64,000 nt of DNA from Burkholderiales bacterium (lineage in GTDB: Bacteria; Pseudomonadota; Gammaproteobacteria; Burkholderiales; JAEUOS01), in the NCBI GenBank assembly GCA_016790695.1, contig JAEUOS010000145.1, forward strand, positions 53,712 through 117,711, written 5' to 3'. Under the pieces are notes generated by a model. It had not been told where the DNA came from. It made no database searches and saw nothing but the letters and a program-made list of their open reading frames with translations. The position numbers and the translations under genes were made by a program. Position 1 is the stretch's first letter; each line of letters starts with the position of its first letter. Positions 56,604 to 64,000 of the stretch are shown one piece after another.

Positions 56604-57812
56604 TTACTTGATGTCCTCGGTGATCAGCGTGATCTCCGTGAACGAGGCGCCGCCGCTTTCCTGCGCCTCGCCGCCCGGCTTGCCGCGATCCGGCTGCGCC
56701 GCGCCGACCGCGGCCGGCGGCTGCTGCGGCGCGCCGGGCACGGTCACGCCCGGTTCGGTGTTGTTGAGCAGCCAGATCAGGTTCGACGGCGAGTCGGCAT
56801 TCTGCATGCCTTCCTCCTGCGTGATCTTGCCCTCGCGGATCATGCGGAAGAACGCCTGCTCGAAGGTCTGCGACCCCGGCGCCATCGACTTGTCCATCGC
56901 ATCCTTCATTTCGCCGATCTCGCCCTTCTCGATCAGCTCCGCGATGTAGCGCGTGTTGAGCATCACCTCGACGGCGGCGGAGCGGCCGCCGACCTTGTTG
57001 CGCACCAGACGCTGCGAGACGATGCACTTGAGTGCCGCCGACAGATCCTGCAGCAGGGCGGGGCGGTTCTCTAGCGGATAGAAGCTGATGATGCGGTTGA
57101 GCGCGTGGTACGAATTGTTGGCGTGCAAGGTGGCCAGGCACAGGTGGCCCGACTGCGCGTAGGCGATCGCCGCGGCCATGGTGTCCTTGTCGCGGATCTC
57201 GCCGATCAGGATGCAGTCCGGCGCCTGGCGCAGCGCGTTCTTCAGCGCGATCTTGAAGTCGAGCGTGTCGGTGCCGACCTCGCGCTGGTTGACGATGGAT
57301 TTCTTGTTCCGGAAGATGAACTCGATCGGATCCTCGAGCGTGAGGATGTGGCCCGACTTGAGCTCGTTGCGATAGTCGAGCATGGCCGCCAGCGACGTCG
57401 ACTTGCCCGACCCGGTGGCGCCGACCATCAGGATCAGCCCGCGCTTCTCCATGATCTGCTCCTTGAGAACGTCGGGCAGCCCCAGGGAGTCGATCGGCGG
57501 GATCTCGCCGGGAATGTAGCGCACAACCACGGCCGGGGAATTCTTCTGGCGCATCGCGCTGATGCGGAACGAGCCGATGCCGGGCATGGAAAAGGCCGTG
57601 TTGAGTTCGAGGGTCTCCTCGTACTCCTTGATCTGCTTCTCGTTGAGGACTTCGTAGAGCAGCTTGATGATGGTGTCGCTGTCCATCAGCTGCTGGTTGA
57701 CCGGCACCGCCACCCCGTTGATCTTGATGTTGATCGGCGAGGAGACCGACAGGAAGATGTCCGACGCCTTCTTGTCGGCCATCAGCTGGAACAGGCGTTT
57801 CATTGCGGACAT
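56604..57812 (-). CDS. pilU: PilT/PilU-family type IV pilus retraction ATPase (PilU-like)
   Basis: ASDIFL, GATGSGKSTS, TLEDPIEF, LRQAPDCILIGEIRD, TLHANN and SQTFEQ. Confidence 0.85.
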   Translation of the reverse strand: MSAMKRLFQLMADKKASDIFLSVSSPINIKINGVAVPVNQQLMDSDTIIKLLYEVLNEKQIKEYEETLELNTAFSMPGIGSFRISAMRQKNSPAVVVRYIPGEIPPIDSLGLPDVLKEQIMEKRGLILMVGATGSGKSTSLAAMLDYRNELKSGHILTLEDPIEFIFRNKKSIVNQREVGTDTLDFKIALKNALRQAPDCILIGEIRDKDTMAAAIAYAQSGHLCLATLHANNSYHALNRIISFYPLENRPALLQDLSAALKCIVSQRLVRNKVGGRSAAVEVMLNTRYIAELIEKGEIGEMKDAMDKSMAPGSQTFEQAFFRMIREGKITQEEGMQNADSPSNLIWLLNNTEPGVTVPGAPQQPPAAVGAAQPDRGKPGGEAQESGGASFTEITLITEDIK

Positions 57813-57845
57813 GGCGGCCTCCGGTCGGATGGCGGGATGGGCTGG

Positions 57846-58667
<822 letters not shown>

Positions 58668-58708
58668 GTTCGAGTTCCGTTGTCGTGTGGAAGGAGGGGG
58701 AGGGAGGC

Positions 58709-59902
58709 TCAGGCCGCGCCGCAGAAGCGCGCGATGCGGCCGGCCGCCTCGACGCACTCGGGGACGTCGGCGACGAGCGCCATGCGGATGTAGCCGCGCC
58801 CCGGATTCGTGCCGCCGTCGTCGCGCGCCATGTAGCTGCCGGGGAGGACGGTGACGCCTTCGCGTCGATAGAGCTCGCGCGTGAACGCGACGTCGTCGCC
58901 GCCCGGGACGCGCGCCCACAGGTAGAACGCGGCATCCGGCAGGCGGACCTCGAGCGCCGGCGCGACCAGCGGCAGGACGGCATCGAACTTCTCGCGGTAC
59001 AGGCGTCGGTTCTCGCGCACGTGCGCCTCGTCGTTCCAGGCGGCCGCGCTCGCGGCCTGGACCGCCAGGCCCATGGCGCTGCCGTGGTAGGTGCGATAGA
59101 GCAGGAAGTCGCGAATGATCGCCGCATCGCCGGCGACGAAGCCCGAGCGCATGCCCGGCACGCTCGAACGCTTGGACAGGCTGGAGAACATCACGAGGCG
59201 CTCATTTCCGCGACCCAGCGCCTGCGCCGCCTGCAGGCAGCCGAGCGGCGGGTGGGCCTCGTCGAAATAGATCTCCGAGTAGCACTCGTCGGAACCGACG
59301 ACGAAGCCGTGGCGGTCGGCCAGGGAGAAAACCTCGCGCCAGTCGTCCAGCGTCATCACCGCGCCGGTCGGATTGCCGGGCGAGCAGACGATCAGCAACT
59401 GCGTGTCGCGCCAGACGGCGTCGGGCACGGCGGAGAGGTCCGCGGCGAAATTGCGCGCCGGCACCGCCGGCGCGAAGTGCGCGCGCGCGCCGGCGAGGAT
59501 CGCCGCGCCTTCGTAGATCTGATAGAAGGGGTTCGGGCAGACCACCGTCGCGCGGGGGCGGCTGCCGTCGACCACCGTCTGCGTCAGGGCGAACAAGGCC
59601 TCGCGCGACCCGTTGACGGGGAGTACCTCGCGCGCGGGGTCGATCGCCCCGAGTCCGTAGCGCCGCCCGAGCCAGCCCGCGATCGCTTCACGCAGGTAGG
59701 CTTCGCCGCCGGTGGCCGGATACTTCGCCAGGCCCGCGAGATTTTGCGTCAGCGCGTCCTTGATGAACTGCGGCGTGGCATGTTGCGGCTCGCCGATTCC
59801 GAGGCTGACCGGACGGATGCCGGAAGGCGGCGCGATGCCCGCGAAGAGTTGGCGCAGCTTTTCGAACGGGTAGGGCTGGAGCAGCGACAGGCGCGGGTTC
59901 AT
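58709..59902 (-). CDS. dapC: N-succinyldiaminopimelate aminotransferase
   Basis: [24 protein letters not shown] and SLSKRS (PLP lysine). Upstream of dapD. Confidence 0.93.
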   Translation of the reverse strand: MNPRLSLLQPYPFEKLRQLFAGIAPPSGIRPVSLGIGEPQHATPQFIKDALTQNLAGLAKYPATGGEAYLREAIAGWLGRRYGLGAIDPAREVLPVNGSREALFALTQTVVDGSRPRATVVCPNPFYQIYEGAAILAGARAHFAPAVPARNFAADLSAVPDAVWRDTQLLIVCSPGNPTGAVMTLDDWREVFSLADRHGFVVGSDECYSEIYFDEAHPPLGCLQAAQALGRGNERLVMFSSLSKRSSVPGMRSGFVAGDAAIIRDFLLYRTYHGSAMGLAVQAASAAAWNDEAHVRENRRLYREKFDAVLPLVAPALEVRLPDAAFYLWARVPGGDDVAFTRELYRREGVTVLPGSYMARDDGGTNPGRGYIRMALVADVPECVEAAGRIARFCGAA

Positions 59903-59922
59903 GTGCCGGAAAGCGAAAAATG

Positions 59923-59950
59923 AAAAAGCCTCGCTGGAGAGCGAGGCTTT
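59923..59950 (-). terminator. Rho-independent terminator after tRNA-Pro
   Basis: The minus strand reads AAAGCCTCGCT-CTCC-AGCGAGGCTTTTT. Confidence 0.8.
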
Positions 59951-59957
59951 GAATTCA

Positions 59958-60036
<79 letters not shown>

Positions 60037-60050
60037 CAACTGGAAGTATA

Positions 60051-60395
60051 TCAGGTCTGCGCGCTTCCGACGTTGGGGCGGGCCTCGGCAGCGTCGCTGC
60101 GGGCCTCGGGGTTCTTCATGCGGGCGGCCGCGCGGCGCAGCTTCTTGTAGAGCTCGGGCTGGTCGGCCTTGAGATACTCGAGGATCTCGAAGTCCTCGCG
60201 CTTGACCTTCTCCAGATCGATCTGCTCGACGTGCACCAGACGAAGCAGCTCGCGCACGGGCTTCGGCATCTCCCGGCCGGATTCGTAGCGCGATCCGCCC
60301 GACTGCGTCACGCCGATCTTGGTCCAGAACTCGTCCTGGTTCAGCCCCAGGCGTTGGCGGATTTCCCGCGCGTCGAACTTGTCGAAAAAGCCCAT
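60051..60395 (-). CDS. Small XRE-type HTH regulator, RsaL-like
   Basis: [30 protein letters not shown]. Confidence 0.85.
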   Translation of the reverse strand: MGFFDKFDAREIRQRLGLNQDEFWTKIGVTQSGGSRYESGREMPKPVRELLRLVHVEQIDLEKVKREDFEILEYLKADQPELYKKLRRAAARMKNPEARSDAAEARPNVGSAQT

Positions 60396-60581
60396 CGATG
60401 CACCTTGATGCCGCTGCTATGGCTGCAAGATAACAAAATTCCCGCGCGGGCGGCGCATTCGCCGCGCATCGTTGCAAGCTTTAACAGAAACCGGAGCCGG
60501 AGTGGAAAGGGTGCTGAAAATCGGTTAAAATACAAAGCTTTGCCGATCCCGCGCGGACCGGCTCCTGGCAACCCGACCACC

Positions 60582-61835
60582 ATGGCGCTCATCGTCCACA
60601 AGTACGGCGGCACGTCCGTCGGCAGCACCGAACGCATCAAGAACGTCGCCAGGCGCGTCGCCAAGTGGCACGCCGCCGGACACAAGATGGTGGTGGTTCC
60701 CTCGGCCATGTCGGGGGAGACCAACCGGCTCCTCGGACTTGCCAAGGAACTGTCGGCGCGGCCCGATCCGCGCGAACTCGACGTCATCGCCGCGACCGGC
60801 GAGCAGGTGACGATCGGCCTGCTCGCGATCGCGCTGATGGAACTCGGCCTGAAGGCGCGCAGCTATACCGGCGCGCAGGTCAAGGTGCTCACCGACAGTG
60901 CCTACACCAAGGCGCGGATCATGGACATCGACGACCGCTCGATCCGCGCCGACCTCGACCGCGGCATGGTGGTGGTGGTGGCCGGGTTCCAGGGAATGGA
61001 CGAAGCCGGCAACATCACCACGCTCGGGCGGGGCGGCTCGGACACGTCGGCGGTCGCGCTGGCCGCGGCGCTCAAGGCCGACGAGTGCCTGATCTACACC
61101 GATGTCGACGGCGTGTACACCACCGACCCGCGCATCGTCGAGGACGCGCGACGCCTCAGGACCGTGACGTTCGAGGAAATGCTCGAGATGGCGAGCCTGG
61201 GCTCGAAAGTCCTGCAGATCCGCTCGGTGGAGTTCGCCGGCAAGTACAAGGTGCCGCTGCGCGTGCTCTCCAGCCTCACCGACCCGATGATGCCGATCGC
61301 GGAGGAGGCCGCGTCGGGCACGCTGATCACCTTCGAGGAAGACCAGAAAATGGAACAAGCCGTCATTTCCGGCATCGCCTTCAACCGCGACGAGGCCAAG
61401 ATCACCGTGATGGGCGTCCCGGATCGCCCGGGCATCGCCTACCAGATCCTGGGGCCGATCGGCGACGCCAACATCGACGTCGACATGATCATCCAGAACG
61501 CAAGCGTCGGCGGGCTCACCGACTTCTCGTTCACCGTCAACCGCGCCGAGTACCCGAAGGCGCTCGAGGTGTTGAACAGCAAGGTCAAGGGCGCGATCAA
61601 CGCCGCCGAGATTCGCGGCGACGACAAGGTGTGCAAGGTGTCGATGGTCGGGGTGGGCATGCGCACCCACGCCGGCATCGCCAGCCAGATGTTCCGCACC
61701 CTGTCCGAGGAGGGGATCAACATCCAGATGATCTCCACCTCCGAGATCAAGATCTCCGTGGTGATCGACGACAAGTACATGGAACTGGCCGTGCGCGCCC
61801 TCCACAACGCATTCGGCCTCGACCAGGCGAGTTGA
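60582..61835 (+). CDS. lysC: Aspartate kinase
   Basis: [35 protein letters not shown] and two ACT domains. Confidence 0.96.
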   Translation: MALIVHKYGGTSVGSTERIKNVARRVAKWHAAGHKMVVVPSAMSGETNRLLGLAKELSARPDPRELDVIAATGEQVTIGLLAIALMELGLKARSYTGAQVKVLTDSAYTKARIMDIDDRSIRADLDRGMVVVVAGFQGMDEAGNITTLGRGGSDTSAVALAAALKADECLIYTDVDGVYTTDPRIVEDARRLRTVTFEEMLEMASLGSKVLQIRSVEFAGKYKVPLRVLSSLTDPMMPIAEEAASGTLITFEEDQKMEQAVISGIAFNRDEAKITVMGVPDRPGIAYQILGPIGDANIDVDMIIQNASVGGLTDFSFTVNRAEYPKALEVLNSKVKGAINAAEIRGDDKVCKVSMVGVGMRTHAGIASQMFRTLSEEGINIQMISTSEIKISVVIDDKYMELAVRALHNAFGLDQAS

Positions 61836-61847
61836 TGCGCCTATAAT
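61819..61847 (+). promoter_or_regulatory. sigma70 promoter for tRNA-Ser
   Basis: TCGACC-N17-TATAAT, 17 nt upstream of the tRNA. Confidence 0.6.
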
Positions 61848-61864
61848 TCGCAGTTCGGCCGGAT

Positions 61865-61958
61865 GGAGACGTGGATGAGTGGCTGAAATCGGCGCCCTGC
61901 TAAGGCGTTATGCGGGCTTAAACCCGTATCGAGGGTTCGAATCCCTCCGTCTCCGCCA
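61865..61958 (+). tRNA. tRNA-Ser(GCT)
   Basis: GGAGACG acceptor stem, anticodon arm GCGCC CT GCT AA GGCGT, long variable arm, GTTCGAATC and a GCCA end. Confidence 0.96.
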
Positions 61959-61996
61959 ACAGATTGCAGAAGTGAAATTCGATGTCGGCCAAGAGG

Positions 61997-62031
61997 GCCC
62001 GCCGTTCCACTTAGGAGTCGCGGGCTTTTTT
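61997..62031 (+). terminator. Terminator after tRNA-Ser
   Basis: GCCCGC...GCGGGC stem followed by TTTTTT. Confidence 0.65.
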
Positions 62032-62084
62032 GTTTGCCGGCAATCCTCGGCTGGCCGTGCGGAGCCGTGTCACCGTGTCGGTGG

Positions 62085-63170
62085 TCAGGCGACCCGGTGC
62101 CCGATGGCGCCGCCGCAAAGCGCCGCGCGGCAATTGGCGAAGACCTGAGCGAGTTCGTCGAGGACGCCGAAGCGGGAGCCACCGGCGAAATGCGGCGTCA
62201 TGATCACGTTCGGTAGCCGGCACAGGCGGTCGCCGGGCGGCCGCGGCTCTTCGTGGTGGACGTCGAGCCCGGCGCCGGCGATGAGTCCGCTGGTGAGCGC
62301 GGTATGGAGATCATCCTCGTTGACCAGGCGGCCGCGACTGGTGTTGACGAAGTAGGCGCTGCGCTTCATCGATCGGAACGTGGCCAGGTCGACCATGCCG
62401 CGGTTGGCGGGCAGGTTCGCGGCGTGGATCGAAACGAAATCGGCCTGGGCGAGGAGCGCCTCGCGCGCGGCGAAGCGCACGCCGAGTTCGCGCTCGGCGG
62501 ACTCGGCCAGGCGGTTGCGGTTCGAGTACAGAACCGTCATCCCGAACGCCCGGGCGCGCCGGGCCACGATCGCACCGACTTCCCCCAGGCCGAGGATGCC
62601 GAGGGTCTTGCCGTAGAGCCCGGAGAGCGGCGCGGTGCCGGTCCAGTTGTAGGCCACGCCGTCGGTCGGCGCGACGCGGCCTGCATCCCACGCGCCGGTG
62701 CGGATCTGCGCGTCGGCACGCACCAGCTGCTTGGCGAGCGCGAGCATCAGCAGGATGGCATGTTCGGCGGTGAGGACGAGGGTGGGGCGCGGCAGGCAGG
62801 ACACGGGCACGCCGCGCGCGCGGGCGGCATCGAGGTCGATGCCGTCGGTGCGTTCGCCCAGTCGCTGGATCAGCCTGAGCGACGGCGCGGCCGCGATGCG
62901 CGCCGCATCGACGCCGCCGCGCCGGAACAGGATGATGCTGGGGTCGGCGTGCGCCACTTCCTCGGCGCGCGCCGACAGGCCCAGCACGGTGACGCCATCC
63001 GGTGCGTGCAGTCCGTCGGCGGCGCGGTAGACCAGGTCGGGATCGACCGGCTCGGGCGCGAAGAAGGCGCGCACCCAGGCGTCATCGATCTCGGGCGGAC
63101 GGGCCAGGGCATAGCGCGCCAGGCGCAGGATGTGATCGTCGTCGAGGATGACGATCCGGTGTCGAGGCAT
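62085..63170 (-). CDS. D-isomer-specific 2-hydroxyacid dehydrogenase
   Basis: TAEHA, GLGEVG, NTSRG, LDVHHEEP and TPHFAG. Confidence 0.9.
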   Translation of the reverse strand: MPRHRIVILDDDHILRLARYALARPPEIDDAWVRAFFAPEPVDPDLVYRAADGLHAPDGVTVLGLSARAEEVAHADPSIILFRRGGVDAARIAAAPSLRLIQRLGERTDGIDLDAARARGVPVSCLPRPTLVLTAEHAILLMLALAKQLVRADAQIRTGAWDAGRVAPTDGVAYNWTGTAPLSGLYGKTLGILGLGEVGAIVARRARAFGMTVLYSNRNRLAESAERELGVRFAAREALLAQADFVSIHAANLPANRGMVDLATFRSMKRSAYFVNTSRGRLVNEDDLHTALTSGLIAGAGLDVHHEEPRPPGDRLCRLPNVIMTPHFAGGSRFGVLDELAQVFANCRAALCGGAIGHRVA

Positions 63171-63227
63171 GCGGACGGGGCCGGGCAGGGAGCGATCGGC
63201 GCCGGCAATCCCGCCGGCGCGCCGGTC

Positions 63228-64000
63228 CTATTGCGGCTTGACGTCGTGGGCGAAGGTGAACTCGTCGGTGCGCCCGCCGTAGGCGAGGCCCTTGCGCATC
63301 GCCCAGGTCGCGATCTGGTGATGCACCGGCACCACGCCGACGTTGCGCATCGCCTGGATCGCCGCCTCGATCGCATTGGCCTCGCGCTGCTTGTCGTCGG
63401 TCATCTGGAATCCGCGGTCGAGCATGTCGTCCAGGGCCGGCAGCGAGTGCTTGCCCCAGTTCCAGGCGCCGTACCCCTTCTCGGCGTTCGGCGTCGCGAG
63501 CAGCGCACGCAGGGCCAGATCGCCGGAGAACGAGCCCCAACCCAGCATCAGGAACGGGAAGTCGCCATTGCGGGCCCGCCCGAGATAGACGCTCATCGGG
63601 AAGGTCTCCACCTTGGTCTGGATGCCGACCCGGGTCAGCATCTGGGCGACGGCCTGGGCGATCTGGTCGTCGTTCACGTAGCGATTGTTGGGGGCGGCGA
63701 GCGTGAGGCTGAAGCCGTCCTTGTAACCGGCCTCGGCGAGCAGCTTGCGCGCGCCGTCCGGGTCGTAGGACGCCGGCTTGAGCGCGAACGCATGGCCGAA
63801 CACCGTGGGCGAAACGATGTTCGCCGCCGGCATCGCGAGCCCCTCCATCACCCGCTCGGCAATCGCCTGGCGGTTGATCGCGAGCGACACCGCCTGCCGC
63901 ACGCGCGGGTCCTTGAACGGGTTCCGCGCCAGTGGCTTGCCGTCCTTGCCGGCGATGCCGGGCGGGTTGTCGCGGGCCTGGTCCATGTGAAAGAAGATGG
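63228..64000 (-). CDS. ABC transporter substrate-binding protein family 5 (peptide/nickel-like), 5' end off-window
   Basis: NPFKDPRVRQAVSLAINR, YDPDGARKLLAEAGY and NNRYVND. Confidence 0.88.
   Translation of the reverse strand, partial: IFFHMDQARDNPPGIAGKDGKPLARNPFKDPRVRQAVSLAINRQAIAERVMEGLAMPAANIVSPTVFGHAFALKPASYDPDGARKLLAEAGYKDGFSLTLAAPNNRYVNDDQIAQAVAQMLTRVGIQTKVETFPMSVYLGRARNGDFPFLMLGWGSFSGDLALRALLATPNAEKGYGAWNWGKHSLPALDDMLDRGFQMTDDKQREANAIEAAIQAMRNVGVVPVHHQIATWAMRKGLAYGGRTDEFTFAHDVKPQ

Noticed and set aside
60396-60581. Possible lysine riboswitch upstream of lysC
   Set aside because: The candidate -10 lies only about 50 nt from the start codon, and I could not recognise any L-box motifs.
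61865-62100. tRNA-Ser and tRNA-Pro as possible island integration sites
   Set aside because: I saw no integrase, no duplicated tRNA 3' end and no compositional shift in the window.

Overview
High-GC chromosomal window, probably from a betaproteobacterium. This is inferred from a Bug/TctC protein, hrcA-hemH, dapC-dapD-pilU-dapE-prmB synteny and a CTGT-N8-ACAG LexA box. About 1-24 kb is one dense signalling island. It holds an atypical receiver protein behind a near-consensus sigma28 promoter, a soluble GGDEF cyclase, two paralogous multi-PAS histidine kinases, a REC-Ser/Thr-kinase and a divergent REC-PAS-HisKA_3/NarL pair. It also holds an F7/che2-type chemosensory operon (mcpA-cheY-cheA-cheW-PAS receptor-cheR-cheD-cheB, no cheZ) that continues into a STAS protein and a REC-PP2C-kinase partner-switch enzyme. 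The rest is mostly core genome: scpB-rluB, rimP-nusA-infB-rbfA-truB, hrcA-hemH, ilvD, lgt, hslO, lexA, an ACAD10/11- or lva-like acyl-CoA cluster, the dap operon, tRNA-Pro(GGG), an RsaL-like HTH, lysC and tRNA-Ser(GCT). I saw no mobile element, prophage or CRISPR array. The most interesting signals are the chemosensory-to-partner-switch circuit, a P2-less CheA carrying three YGFF repeats, a GD[VI]ELF tail shared by McpA and CheD, and an orphan RsaL-like regulator between the lysine-pathway genes. All calls come from motif reading by eye; no database searches were run.
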